NCBI RefSeq assembly: GCF_041146345.1 | Contig: NW_027191417.1 | Span: forward strand, 1,302,001 to 1,366,000 | DNA from: Neodothiora populina | Lineage: Eukaryota | Direction: 5' to 3' | Length of the DNA: 64,000 nt | Shown: positions 36,081-49,130 of the stretch, piece by piece | Numbering within the stretch: the stretch's first letter is position 1 | Layout: every line of letters starts with the position of its first letter | Notes under the pieces: generated by a model | What the model was told of the DNA's origin: nothing | The model's input: only the letters and a program-made list of their open reading frames with translations | The model's database searches: none | Translations under genes and position numbers: made by a program

Positions 36081-39000
36081 TCACTCAATGGCGCTTCCGT
36101 CACTGATTCCCGTCCCCTGCAAATGTTCGAATCCACGCAGCGGCGCATTACCGCCAGCAACACCGCCAACGCCACCACCACTGATGCCAATCTCCCTGTT
36201 CTTGAGCGCCTTGATCTGGCTCTCCTTGAACTGCTCCCAGCCAACAGGATCTTTCATCTGCAACTGTCTGATTTCTTCCAGATTGGCGCCCAATCGCTCC
36301 ATGACCTCTTCCCATCCGCCTCGTTCCAGAATTTCGCGCAGCTCGGGTCCAGACGTCTCGGTCATTGTATTGATCATCTCGGACATGCGAGAGCCTTCGG
36401 CCCACGCAGAGGCGTCGAGAGGCTTGGCTGGTGTCGATAATGATGACGACTTTGTCACGAGATCCTGGCGGACTTTTTGGCCGATGCGGTGGATTCGACC
36501 TTCTTCTAGACTCAGTGCGCGAGAAGCGAGACTGACGTCGCTGTTTTTACGGCTTGATGGGAGATTTGCTGCTGCTGCGCCGCCGAGGCGGGAAGTGGGC
36601 CGGTTCATTTCGTCGTCTGAGTCGTAGAATGGGTGGGTTGTCATTAATGATTCGTTTACTGCCGAGAGAGGCGTCGTTGTAGATACAGAGTCTGAACTAC
36701 TCTCATTGTCGGGCGTGATGGACAAAGGAGCAAAATTTGCCGTCGACGACTCGACGGAGGAAGAAAGAGAGGGGGCTTCGAGCAGCAAATCATTTTGTCG
36801 AAGCAGCAACGATCCAGGAGGTGTGATTCTGGTTTCTGGGTATTCGTCTTCAAAGCGCTGGATGATACCCTTGAGCGTGTCGTCGAGGAACATAAGGCGT
36901 CGATATTGAATCTCATCTCCGTTCGTGAGTTCCTTGACTAGTGCAGGCTGCAGGCGATTGCGTATCTTGCGTGCACTCTCCAGTAGTTCTTTGCTGACCT
37001 CCTTTGCTTTGCCTTTTCGTCGGATGTCGTGACCTGCTTGCTCCTGGTTAAGTCGAGGTGTTGTCGTGCCTGAAGCCGTGACACTGCCTCTCCGTAGGTC
37101 GATTGTCTCTTCGGACAGAAAGTATTGCAGTGCTTTGACGAGGCCGTTGCCACCGACGATGTAGTCTTGCTCCGGGCCGACTTCGCCGTCGTCTTCGACG
37201 TTTGGATCGTTTTCCAGGTTACCCACAAGATGGATCAACACATCCGGCACTGCAACAAGTCTCGCATCGTCCACACCGTGAGGCTTAGACAGAGAAGCAG
37301 CCAACGGACCCGTGAGTGTTTGCGACATGGTGCGATCCATATTACGAAGACAATAAGCGACGACTTGTTTGGCAAGAGCCTTGACGACATCGCCATTCTC
37401 AGGAGACGGTACCTAAGTATCACGTTAGTTGCGAGCATGTATTGTTGGTCAGATAAGACACAGACTCACCTCGATATCTATACACACAATCGATTTTGAG
37501 ATACGAGCGGCGGCGGTCAAGGATGCATATAGTGCACAAGCCTCTTCCTGACTCCTCTCATCTGTCGCCGCTGCAAGAGCTGTGATCTGAGGATTCTCCA
37601 GCAGAGTAAGATGTGCAAGGTTCTCGACCTCGGGTACGACTTCTGCCAATGATATAGTTTGCTTGACATCAAGCCCAACGTCCCTAAGATGTATCCTCTT
37701 GATGTTGGTCAATTTCGGCAAATTCCTTCGTAATAGTTTCAGAGCGCGAGCGCTGCCGTCAAACAACCCAGCATTATGGCTAAGGTCGAGGAAGCGAAAA
37801 TCGCGAAGTGCAATCAGAGAAGGGAAAAGCTCTTCCAAGGATGCTGTGCTCAGATTACAACCTGCCAGGGACAGACCCCAGACAGGACAGTCAGGCCTGG
37901 AGGTAAGAGCTGCAGCAAGAAGACCGAGTCTGTGTCGCAGGTCGTTGCTACCTAGATCGAGTGCGTGACAGACGCCTGAACGGACATAATGCAAGACATG
38001 GTCAAAGCCTTCATCATCTAGGTTGTTCCCGGCAAAGCCCAGTCGAGATATCCCACTAACGACAGCACCGTCGACGACCTTGCGAATTTGCGCGGCGGTG
38101 AGACCGCACTCTGCCATGGTCAATTCTTCCAACTGAGAACCGCCCTTTCGCTCAGACAATGCCTTGCATAGAGTTTGTGAGGCATCGATGTCGTCTTGAG
38201 TCGTCTTCGTACGGCCGTTGAAGACCTTGACAGGTGTTTCGTTACTGATCGATGGCGAATTTGCAGGGAACTGGATCATCGAGACATCCACCGCCTTGAT
38301 CGAGCGGCACATGTAGAGAAACAAAGAAATGTACTTCCAGCCAGCCTTTGTGATTCTCGGATTGTTTTTCAACGTCAGCTTCTCGATGATACCACTGGAC
38401 GCCTGCCCGTGTCGAGCGCCATTGCGACGTTTGAAGTAGTCGGGCTTCTTGGCAGCCAGCAAGCCAGCGAGGATGACTCGCACCCCTTCGTCGCTAAGGT
38501 CAGCGTCTTCCAACAACAGGCGCTTGACAGGAACGATGGCGAGCCAGTCGCCCAGACTGAAAACATCAGCGAGCTGCATCCGTGAGCCGCTCAAGCGGAG
38601 CTCGGCCACGACTCCTGGATCGTCCGGCATGATGCAGCTCGGCGACATGAGCTGCTCGGTAATGCGCTTCAAGATGGGCGATTCGCGCAATTGGCAGCAT
38701 CGTCTGTATATGCGGACAGGGTCTGTAGTCGGTCTGTCCTGAGTCCTGGGTGTAGCTGTGCCAGAAGCCGGAGTAGTGGGTCGTACGTCAACCGGAGGCG
38801 AAGACGGACTTTCTCTGGCGAGTTCGACAGGCACAACACCGTTCTCCTCTGCTTTCCTCCTCTTTCTCTCTTCCTTTTCCCTGCGTTCCTCCTCGGTCTT
38901 GGGCTTCTTCCCAGGCTTTTCGTCCGGACTTTCAGCCTTGCCGTCCACTGCAGGAGGCGATTCAAGGGGAGACGGTTGGTCCGAACCGGCGACAACATCG

Positions 39001-40018
39001 TCGGGAGCGCCATCAGTAGCATCAGCCTTTTCCTTGACAATCTCAGGATGCTTCAGTGCTTCGCCTTCGGCTCTTTCTTTTACTTTGCGGTCTCGATTCT
39101 TTTGTTGCTTGGACGCAGTGGGGCCTTCGTCCTTGTAGCGCGGTCCACCAGCGATCTCCACGTCCACAGAGAAGGCGACTCGCCGTAACTTGGCCAAGTC
39201 CAACTCTGGCACCAGGCATCTTTCTCGGTTCTTGTCGACATTGAGGACTCTTCGAGGACAGACCCCTCCATTCTCATACATCTTGCCCGAAGCATTCGCT
39301 TGCCCCGAGGATAGACGCCGAGTCAGATTTGAAAAGAAGGAGCTGTTGGTCTCCTTCGGTTTCTGTGGTACGTAGGGTTGCAGCTCTTCCGTTTCGCGAT
39401 CTGACGTGTCTTTGGGTCTTGCAGCAAGAGGCAGAACGTCCTTTGCGCTCTGCGCTGATGGTCCAGCGTTGACTCCATTGACGCTGGACCTCGATGTCTG
39501 GGGAGTGCTGGGTGAAGGCGGGGGCTGGGAGGAGAATTTCGAGCTCAGATTGGATATCCAGGAGCCGCGTCGTGAAGATCTGTCGCCATTTGGATTTTGA
39601 TTCGAGCTATTTCGGTTCAAAAGACCAGGTCGTCGCGTAGGTGTCTTTTGCGCCGGAGACTGCTCATTAGATGGGGTGGGTGTCGCAGGAGTTATACTCG
39701 CGCTCACCGCAGCCGCTTGCGACGACGACGGTGTTGACGCTTGAGCTGCAAGAGACTTTACGTCTTGCTGGTTAGCTGATTTCGCTTCTTTTGTTGCTGG
39801 TGGCGGTCTTGCGCCGTGGCCGTGGGTAGATATGGGTGGTCGAACATCAGTCGCAAGACCAGGCGACGTGTGAGGCTGGAGTTGCTCTGTCTTCTGATGA
39901 GTACTTTTTTCACTATACATTAAACGTCACAGTGCTTGCGACAAAAGTCACCTTTGGGAGGGGTGGGCCGATGCGTCCAGGAAACATCAACCCCGTGGAC
40001 CTGGTGGAGATGGTCCAT
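36081..40018 (-). CDS. MHP1: Mhp1/Gip3-like RNI-type leucine-rich-repeat protein; 3 exons proposed (40018-39952, 39886-37470, 37412-36081)
   Basis: N-terminal MDHLHQVHGVDVSW, CPRRVLNVDKNRERC, LRRVAFSVDVEIA (RVxF), IYRRCCQLRE, LRR units (LDLGSNDL, LSLAGCNL, LDLSHN), SLEEGRIHRIGQ. Intron 37469-37413 is clear; intron 39951-39887 has weaker signals. Confidence 0.8.
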
Positions 40019-41436
40019 TACACAAGGGTTCTGCTTCTATGCAGCTGCTATAGCTGAGCAGAGCTACCACGAGCAAGCAATATATGATACAAGAAGAAGG
40101 GACGAGATATGTGGATTTTGAGAATCGCAACGGTTATCGCTGCGCCATTCGTCCTGTGGTTCTTGGCAAGATACCGCGCCGTGAGTCTTGGTATGGAGGG
40201 AGGAAGAGTTATCGTGTCACAGGGCAAGGGAGGATATTTCATGATGATAAAAAGGAAACTTTAGCAAGCAGCAACTCGAGACAAGGTACCCGCGTGTGTG
40301 AGGGTGAACCTAGGGCCTTGTTTCGCCGCTTTGAGATCAGCTTCTAGGCCACTGATGAGCGGGGTTGGTCAAATGGTGGGAGGCGGGCATAGAGTGATGG
40401 TCTCAAGTAAAGTCTGATTCTGTGAGGTGACGCCTGCAGCGGCCATAACGTGCTATCATCTCCTCGACCTACTGGTGCTCTTATAGTCGCTTGAAGGCTC
40501 GATCGGTGGCTTTTCTGCCAATGCCTAAACGCTTCCAATACTCAACCTGTGAGAGTCTTGTGCAACCCCGTTCGTTCCCCGTGCTTCTGGTGCTGGGATG
40601 GGATTATTAAATCAGCCTGCTGTTGTACGTCCTACAGTACTTTGCTGTACCACAGATTATACTTTTTCCCCGGCAAAAGCTCAAGCATTTGGTCCGTGGG
40701 CTCGACTAGCCTATACTTGTAGTCGCTTCGTCACCTTGGCAGCACTACCGACCGTGGCAGCTAAATCACCACGCCGACTCCGATGGGTGAGCGCGATGAG
40801 CTTGATTGCGATACTAGTGTGCGCACTTGCTGCTTCACTAGACATTCTTCCTGACCTCTGCATGATGATCGTCATCTACACATGTGTCGCAAAAGCTTGT
40901 GGGCAGAAGAGGCGGTATGACCACAAAAGGCCGGAAGCTATCACGCTGTTGACCTCACAGTTCTTGCTAACGAACGCCGCCGGAGACCTGACCTGTTCCA
41001 GATCGAGCGTTGTCGGACTCGGGGTTTGCGTGGGTAAGAAACATTATTGGCACACAAGGAGCGAAGCACACTGCCTATTATAGGGCACTGGATTTCGTTG
41101 CATTGTTGCGTACATATACGACACGGCCAGGCTAAGTCGGACATATCACATGCGTCTCGTCGACACTGGTAACATGCAAAGGGAAGACGAAGCGCGGTCT
41201 CACGGAGCCCACAACAGACACGCTAGCAGAAGCAATAGGAAATGATGGTAATGACCTTGCTTTGTCGAAGTTTTCAATTAACATGTAGTAAAAAGACCAG
41301 CAAATGCCGTAGCACTTGACCCAATGTTTCCCTCCCAAAGCAAGGCCGTTAACGCCGCATGTCACCATCAACCCCATCGTCCGTCTGAAGCAACTTTTGT
41401 GATTGTCATGAAAGGTGTTGGTAAACGACAAAGCGC

Positions 41437-42550
41437 TTAAGCAGCAAGGGCCTGGATCTTCTTCTGGACCTTCTCCTCGCGCTCGGCCTTGGTGAGCTTG
41501 ACCTGTCTGAACTTCTTGCTCTCGGCCTTCCACTCCTCCTTGGTCTTCTTGGGGGAGTCAGACTCCTCCTTCTTGAAGGGGTCCTCGCGGATGGCCTTGT
41601 GGGCCTCCTGGTAGAGCTCCTCAAGACCGTCGGCCTCGATCTCCTCATCGATGTAGCCCTGGAACTGGGACTTGTAACGCTCCTCATCGTCATCGGCGAG
41701 GGTCTCCATGTACTCGGCGACGTGGCCACCGAAGATGTACTTGCGGAGGGTCTCGGCATCGAGCTCCTTGGACTCAATGTCGTAACCGGGGAAACGCTTC
41801 TCGGAGTGGGGGATGTAGAGACCACCGTCAGAAGCACCCTTCATGGCACCGAAGACACGGGCACCAGTCGAGGTACGGGTAAGACCGACATCGAGGAAGC
41901 ACTTGAAGGGGCGGCGGGTCTCGCCGTCGACCTCAGCCTCCTCGGTGAGCTGGAACTCACCGTCAGCCTCCTCGACACCAGTGAAGGCCTCGTCGAGGTT
42001 GAGCTTCTTGAGAGCACGGCGGGCAAGGAGAAGACCGGTGGAGTAAGCGGCAGCCCAGTTGGTAAGACCGTGGGTGATGCCGTAAGCCTTGAGCTCGTGG
42101 GCGTAGGCAGCGGCGAAAACCTTGTCGCCGGTGATCTCAGAGGTGACGATCTGGCAGACAATGTCGCGGTTGGTGAAGCGGACGACCAGTCTGTACTTTG
42201 GTGCGTTGTACTTGTTCTTGGCCTGGGTGATGAGGCGCTTACGAGCGTAGTAGTCGGTCTTTCCGGATCTTCTGCGCTTGTACTTGACTTGGTAGCGCCT
42301 GAAGGATAAGTCAGTTTTCTGTTCCTCATTTTCTCGATCAAAATTGCAACAGTGTCACTTACGAGAAGTACGCGGAGTTCTTGACCAGCTTGGTCTATAA
42401 TTTCATCCACGAGTCAGCAATTGTCGCTTCAGAAAACATTTCCGAAGCATCTTGCAGAGACTCTCATCAAGCGCAGAGCGCGATTGTCTGTGTCTACAAC
42501 TCTCATGCTGGAAAGAAGGGGACGATGATGATGATACTCACGAAAGGCAT
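41437..42550 (-). CDS. RPL5: 60S ribosomal protein uL18 (L5); 3 exons (42550-42542, 42394-42363, 42298-41437)
   Basis: [59 protein letters not shown]...[12 protein letters not shown]...[22 protein letters not shown]. Confidence 0.97.
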
Positions 42551-42908
42551 CTTGACGGTTGGCCTGTCGATAGGTGTCGCGGGGCTGAAGGAAAGAAAAA
42601 GAGGATTGGATTTGTCTCCACGCAATTTTGACCAGTGTGCGGCAGATTGTGTTCCAAAGCCAGCCTTGGCGCGGTTGGTACAGCCTCTGGCGACGTGGGG
42701 GGCAGGACTGCTCCTGCTGCTTTTGCTGCTTTTGCTGCTGCAGCGCTTGTGCGGGAAAACGGCGGCATTACCATTACCATTCACTGTACTTCGATAGTGT
42801 ATCACAAGTGCTCTTCAAGTGGATGGTACAAATTATATCTTATTCATAATTGATACGTAAAGGCATACATATATATTCAATTCAAGCTAACCGAGCCGCT
42901 GTGGGTAT

Positions 42909-44885
42909 CTATCCTGCCAAAGCGCTTTGCTCTTCGAACGTCTTGCGGTATTGCGCCGTCGCGGTGGCCAGAGCCTTCAGCGTCGGCGCCGTCATCTCTT
43001 CAACAACCCTCCTGCCTCCACCAATGCTCGACAGGTCAAGTTCGAGTCTGCGCCTCTTGTTCGACCTCTCGTTCAGTGTCTGCATCTGTTTCTTGAGATG
43101 CTCAGTCCTACGTATCTTCTCGTCTTCTGCGGCTTTGCCTGCTGCGTGAAGTCGGTCTACTGAGTTTTCCAATGTCTCGACAAGCTTGGCGAGCTCGTTA
43201 CTTCGTGATCCATCTCCTGAGATGAAAAGCGTCCAGAAATAGTGTAAGAACTCGATCGTTGTGTTGTGCGTCATCGTCACCGTGTCAAAGGTAGTATGAG
43301 AAAGGTCAAGCGTAGAGGATGGATCGCTAGCTGCTGCAGCGCGTCGAGCCACGATAGACGAAAGAATATCTTGCGAAGCCTCTGCAAGCGCGATTGTGCT
43401 ACCGATCTTATAGGATTGCCCTTCTCTACCTGCACCATTGGCTTTGTCGTCTGCTTCATCATCAGAGTCGTCATCATCCTCCTGCACTCCGATCGCTCTG
43501 TCAAGACTGAGGTTTCCAATACCAAAACTTGCGGGACTATGGGGCTGCAAGTCTTTTTGCAATAATGTGAGCACGTCGTCAGGAGATTGTCTCTCATATA
43601 AAGCGGCTTCAGTGGACAATTTGTCCACTCGCTCGCCTGCCAACAAGCGCTGCTGGTCCTTGATGTTCAGCGTCACGCGGTTGTCGTCGGCTTGTCCTTG
43701 CAAGTCTCGCAACTGCAATTCGTTATGCGTTTCTTCATCCATTCCGATAGGACCGTGGGCTTCGCCGTCAGCGGGGGCGACTTGCGCCATAATCTTCTCG
43801 GAGAGATTGTTCAGGACTCGTAGGATAGGGACTTTGTCGAAAGAACCCGGTCGCATCGTCTCATCAGGCCTGTTGCCTCTCCGTTGACTGTGATCTTGCT
43901 CGTTGCCTTCCAGGTCTATGAAATTAGGGACGTGACCCATGTTGGCCGGGCCCTTTTCTCGGTAGGACAGATACCTGTCAAAGACTGGATCCGCGGCATC
44001 GGCATCGGTGATTTTCTCTCCTTTCAGCTTTTTCAGTAATCTGCTCATGAAGAAGCGCGACCAGAATGCATTCTGATCGATTTGCGGCACATTCGCGTTG
44101 TACGCCTCTCGCACGATAGGATACTGTCTGAAGATGAGCTTGACCTGCTCTTTCGCAAGGTTGAGCATCAACTTGTCCGGCTCGCCCTCCTTTTCTGCAG
44201 CAACTCTCTTGAACTTGATTTCTGGCAGGACATTGTAGTCGCCTTGGCTCTGCGCCTTTTCGATAGCATGAGCACGAAGCAGATGTAGTCGAGTCGCCCA
44301 GAACTGTGTGGAGAACTGAGTGATGCTAATGGATTCTGGTTTGTCCCGGAGACTCTCGTTGAAGCGCTGCCGTAAGACAGGATTTGCGTCCAGTAGGGAC
44401 CTCTGTAATTCTATGTCTGATTTCAATCGCGCATCGTCGTACCAGCCATCGGCAGATTTTGTGACAGCGGCAGAGACGGCATGCGCGATTGCCAGAGCCG
44501 CAGGTTGGCCGTCAGCATTTGCTTTCTCTGTCCGGGGGGGCACAGGAGTCGGACGAGAAGGTGTGGGGTTCTTCAGAGCGGCTATCGCATTGCGTAGGTT
44601 GTCTGTTATGGCTTCTTGGTCCGGCCGGGCGGCTGTGGTAGATGTGAAGAAGAAGACATGGTCTTTGGGAGCCGGTGCGCCTGGAGGCTGGACGAGGACT
44701 TTGAGGGCGACTCTTGGAATAGTGGCAGGAGTTTGCTGCAGATTGGTGATGTCCTTGACAGCTATAGTGACAGTAGGCGAGGCATTGGGCGGCTCAGATG
44801 GCGTCCACGTTAGATCAGTCGAGTTGCTGTCTACTGCTAGGCTGCCGGTCTTCTTCTTGTAGGTGGTCACCGCAGCAGTTGACAT
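42909..44885 (-). CDS. TFB1: TFIIH subunit Tfb1/p62 (PH domain plus BSD domains), single exon
   Basis: YKKKTGSL...ITNLQQTPA (PH domain); QFWATRLHLLRAHA and FWSRFFMSRL (BSD domains); FIDLEGN; EFLHYFW. First ATG taken at 44885. Confidence 0.9.
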   Translation of the reverse strand: MSTAAVTTYKKKTGSLAVDSNSTDLTWTPSEPPNASPTVTIAVKDITNLQQTPATIPRVALKVLVQPPGAPAPKDHVFFFTSTTAARPDQEAITDNLRNAIAALKNPTPSRPTPVPPRTEKANADGQPAALAIAHAVSAAVTKSADGWYDDARLKSDIELQRSLLDANPVLRQRFNESLRDKPESISITQFSTQFWATRLHLLRAHAIEKAQSQGDYNVLPEIKFKRVAAEKEGEPDKLMLNLAKEQVKLIFRQYPIVREAYNANVPQIDQNAFWSRFFMSRLLKKLKGEKITDADAADPVFDRYLSYREKGPANMGHVPNFIDLEGNEQDHSQRRGNRPDETMRPGSFDKVPILRVLNNLSEKIMAQVAPADGEAHGPIGMDEETHNELQLRDLQGQADDNRVTLNIKDQQRLLAGERVDKLSTEAALYERQSPDDVLTLLQKDLQPHSPASFGIGNLSLDRAIGVQEDDDDSDDEADDKANGAGREGQSYKIGSTIALAEASQDILSSIVARRAAAASDPSSTLDLSHTTFDTVTMTHNTTIEFLHYFWTLFISGDGSRSNELAKLVETLENSVDRLHAAGKAAEDEKIRRTEHLKKQMQTLNERSNKRRRLELDLSSIGGGRRVVEEMTAPTLKALATATAQYRKTFEEQSALAG

Positions 44886-45517
44886 TTTGATACGAGGCAG
44901 GTGTTTAGGGCAGGCGCGCCCATGAATCAAATGAGAATAATTATGTAAGTTCGACCCAGATTCACTACAATCTCAAATTATGTTAATGCCGATTTTCTTC
45001 TTGTATATTTTTTGTTTGGACCAAGTTGACCATGCTGGACGCAGCAGTCAATCAACAACGAACAATAATACATTTGATTTCATGCACGTTTAGGCGTCGG
45101 AGGTGTGAGTCTGCTATGCCGTCATCGCCTTACCTTACCTCACAGCAAATGCCTTACTTCAACAGCTCTTACAGCACTTGCCTTATTCAGTTTGTGGAGA
45201 GTCCATAGTGAAGCCGCGAAGCAACAGAAAGAGAAGCTACAGATAAAGTGGTCTTGTCCCAAATTAGACAGACGAAGCAAAAGGGGTCGGGGGACACGAG
45301 AATAGTCAATCAATCAATCAGTCACCAGCACAGAAGACATGTTCGGCTCAAGGATATAATGTAGGTAGTCAAAGCCGCACGGGTATCCGAAGTGCAAGAT
45401 GCGGCAAGTGCTGTGCTTACCTTACCTTACTGCTGCGTGTCACTGCTGTCTGTTCGCAGTCGTCTCCCTAACGGTACGGCAGACACAAAACCCGAGGTGA
45501 GGCGGATCGGGCTGCGG

Positions 45518-45524
45518 CCAATCA
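45518..45524 (+). promoter_or_regulatory. CCAATCA box upstream of KGD1 (possible Hap/CBC site)
   Basis: CCAATCA about 220 bp upstream of the KGD1 ATG. TCA-cycle genes are known CCAAT-complex targets in fungi; function here is inferred. Confidence 0.35.
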
Positions 45525-45738
45525 TATGGGATGCAAACAGCAAACACACTCCGCAACTTCCCGTCCTGACGTTGGCAGCAGGTCAAGTCTTGTGGCACTT
45601 ACCCTTTCTCGCGTCCTAATTCTAATTTGCGAAACCTTTCTACCTTGTTCTTGTATTCTTCTGTTCGAGCTTCTTCCTTGATCCATGAAGCCTGTCTTCG
45701 CCTTTAATTAGTATTTTTCTAGTTGGCGAGCATACACA

Positions 45739-48700
45739 ATGCTGAGTGCGTCGTTAAAACAATGCGGTAGGCGGTTGGCTGGCAATGCCGCCGCCTCGCA
45801 GAGAGCAGCTTTCTCCACAGCCATTGGAGAGAGCCGCACCTCTGCTCTCTCCTCAAGGAGGAGACACCTTGCCCTCGTGAGCCAGAAGGCTGTCCGCCGC
45901 AGCTATGCTGTTGCTGCCGAGGACACCAATAAGGGTGTGGTGAGTGGTATTCCATTTCTGTCACTTGCGAGATGATGCATGTAACAGTGTTTTTTGCTGC
46001 ATGTTCTCAGACTATCTGCTCCGTTTCTCCTCTGACGCCGCTCCTTCCCTTCTAGGATCCCAGCGATTCTTTCCTCTCCGGCAACACTGCAAACTACATC
46101 GATGAAATGTACTCGGAATGGAAGCGCGATCCCGAGTCCGTCCACGTATCATGGCGCGTGTACTTCAAGAACATGGAATCTGGATCCATGCCCATGTCTC
46201 AAGCTTTCCAGCCTCCTCCCACCATCGTTCCCGCACCTCAAGGCGGTGCTGCTGGTTTCTCTCCCGGAGCTGCCATGGCCATTGGTGAGGGTTCAGATGT
46301 CACCAACCACTTGAAGGTACAGCTGCTCGTCCGTGCCTATCAGTCCCGCGGTCACCACAAGGCCAAGATCGACCCCCTCGGTATCCGCCAAGAGGCCGAC
46401 ACTTTCGGCTACAGCCACCCTCCTGAGCTCAACCTTGAGACCTACAACTTCTCTGAGGCCGATATGGAGCAGGAGTTCTCTCTCGGCCCTGGTATTCTCC
46501 CCCGCTTCAAGACCGAAGGCAAGGACAAGATGAAGCTCAAGGACATCATTGCCGCATGCGAGAGGCTCTACTGCGGCAGCTACGGTGTCGAATACATCCA
46601 CATTCCCGACAGGACCCAATGCGACTGGCTCCGTCAGCGCATCGAGATCCCCACCCCTTACAAGTACTCGGTCGACGAGAAGCGCAGGATCCTCGACCGT
46701 CTCATCTGGAGTTCCAGCTTCGAGAGCTTCCTCGCCACCAAGTACCCCAACGACAAGCGTTTCGGTCTCGAGGGTGGTGAGACTCTGATCCCCGGTATGA
46801 AGGCCCTCATCGACCGCAGCGTCGACTACGGTGTCAAGGACATCGTCATCGGTATGCCTCACCGTGGTCGTCTCAACGTTCTTTCCAACGTCGTCCGCAA
46901 GCCCAACGAGTCCATCTTCAGCGAGTTCGGTGGCTCTGCCGAGCCCTCTGACGAGGGATCCGGTGATGTCAAGTACCATCTCGGTATGAACTTCGAGCGC
47001 CCCACTCCATCTGGCAAGCGTGTCCAGCTTTCTCTCGTCGCCAACCCCTCTCACTTGGAGGCCGAGGACCCCGTCGTTCTCGGAAAGACCAGGGCCATCC
47101 TGCACTACAACGGAGACGAGAAGGAGGCCAAGAGCGCCATGGGTGTTCTCCTCCACGGTGACGCTGCTTTCGCGGCCCAGGGTATCGTTTACGAGACCAT
47201 GGGTTTCTACGCTCTCCCCGCCTACCAGACCGGCGGCACCATCCACATTGTTGTGAACAACCAGATCGGTTTCACTACCGACCCTCGTTTCGCTCGTTCC
47301 ACCCCTTACTGTTCCGATATCGCCAAGGCCATCGACGCTCCCGTCTTCCACGTCAACGGTGATGATGTCGAGGCCGTCAACTTCGTCTGCCAGCTTGCTG
47401 CCGACTGGCGTGCCGAGTTCAAGAAGGATGTCGTCATCGACATTGTCTGCTACCGCAAGCAGGGACACAACGAGACCGATCAGCCTTCTTTCACCCAGCC
47501 TCTGATGTACAAGCGCATTGCCGAGCAGAAGCCCGTCATCGACAAGTACGCCAACCAGCTGATCGAGGACAAGACCTTCACCAAGGACGACATCGATGAG
47601 CACAAGAAGTGGGTCTGGGGTATGCTCGAGGAGTCCTTCGCTCGCAGCAAGGACTACCAGCCTACCGCCAAGGAGTGGCTCACCAGCGCCTGGAACGGAT
47701 TTAAGAGTCCCAAGGAGCTTGCGACCGAGGTTCTTCCCCATCTTCCTACCGCCGTCGAGCTCGATGTCCTCCGCAAGATCGGTGACAAGATCGGAACTCC
47801 CCCAGATGGCTTCAACGTGCACCGCAACCTCAAGCGTATCTTGAACAACCGCACCAAGACTGTTCAGGAGGGCAAGAACATTGACATGAGCACTGGTGAG
47901 GCACTTGCCTTCGGAAGTTTGTGTCTCGAGGGTCACCACGTCAGAGTTGCTGGACAAGATGTTGAGCGTGGTACCTTCTCTCAGCGTCACGCCGTCTTGC
48001 ACGACCAGGAGAGTGAGGATACCTACACTCCCCTCAAGGACCTGAGCAAGGACCAGGGTAGCTTCGTCATTGCTAACTCCAGTTTGAGCGAGTACGGTGC
48101 CCTCGGCTTCGAGTACGGTTACTCCCTCTCCTCCCCATCCGCTCTTGTCATGTGGGAGGCCCAATTCGGTGACTTTGCCAACAACGCTCAATGCATTATC
48201 GATCAGTTCATCGCCTCCGGTGAAGTCAAGTGGCTCCAGAGATCTGGTCTCGTCATGAGCTTGCCCCACGGTTATGATGGACAAGGACCGGAGCACTCCT
48301 CGGGCAGAATGGAGAGATTCTTGTTGCTTTCCAACGAGGTATGCTGTCATCGCATGGGATATAGTGATCACAAGTTGACATTGAAATTTAGGATCCCCGT
48401 GTCTTCCCTGCTGCCGACAAGCTTGATCGCCAGCACCAAGACTGCAACATGCAGATCGCATACTGCACAACTCCCGCAAACACCTTCCATCTTCTCCGCA
48501 GACAAATGAACAGACAGTTCAGAAAGCGTAAGTCTATTGTGCCACGTTATCCGTAAGACTATTGCTAAAGCCGTCGATCTAGCTCTCATCCTCTTCTTCT
48601 CGAAGTCCCTTCTCCGTCACCCCCTCGCTCGCTCCAGCATCGAGGACTTCACCGGTGACTCTCACTTCCAGTGGATCATCCCCGACACTGCACACACCGA

Positions 48701-49130
48701 CGCAGAGTTCCAGATCAAGCCCAAGGAGGAGATTGAGCGTGTCATCCTCTGTACCGGCCAGGTCTACACTGCTCTGCACAAGTACCGCCAACAGAACAAC
48801 ATTACAAACACCGCCATTACTCGTGTCGAGCAGCTGAACCCCTTCCCATGGGCACAGCTCAAGGAGAACCTCGACTCGTACTCTAACGCCAAGCACATTG
48901 TCTGGGCCCAGGAGGAGCCCCTGAACGCCGGTGCCTGGAGCTTCACACAGCCCCGTATCGAGACTCTATTGAACGAGACGGAGCATCACAACAGAAGACA
49001 CGTCCTGTACGCCGGAAGAAACCCCAGCGCAAGTGTTGCAACCGGTCTCAAGGCCAGTCACTTGAAGGAAGAACAGGACCTGCTCGCCGAGGCTTTCAGC
49101 GTCGAGCAGAAGCAGCTCAAGGGCGAGTAA
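45739..49130 (+). CDS. KGD1: Mitochondrial 2-oxoglutarate dehydrogenase E1; 4 exons (45739-45939, 46056-48338, 48392-48527, 48583-49130)
   Basis: Arg/Ser-rich presequence; [92 protein letters not shown]. Confidence 0.97.

Noticed and set aside
40598..41083. 161-aa ORF and splice-like signals (GTGAGC 40787...TTCCAG 41001; GTAAGA 41034...TAG 41083) with ATGATGA at 40862
   Set aside because: Neither spliced nor unspliced translations resemble a protein family, and the only downstream CTGA abuts the putative acceptor, so a C/D snoRNA is not supported. A non-coding transcript cannot be excluded without RNA data.
46293..48479. 728-aa antisense ORF over KGD1, and similar antisense ORFs over RPL8 (12754-13581), TKL1 (29483-31329) and RPL5 (41599-42309)
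   Set aside because: These are codon-register mirrors of highly expressed genes whose C/G-ending codon bias avoids TTA/CTA/TCA, which removes antisense stops. They show no independent protein features.
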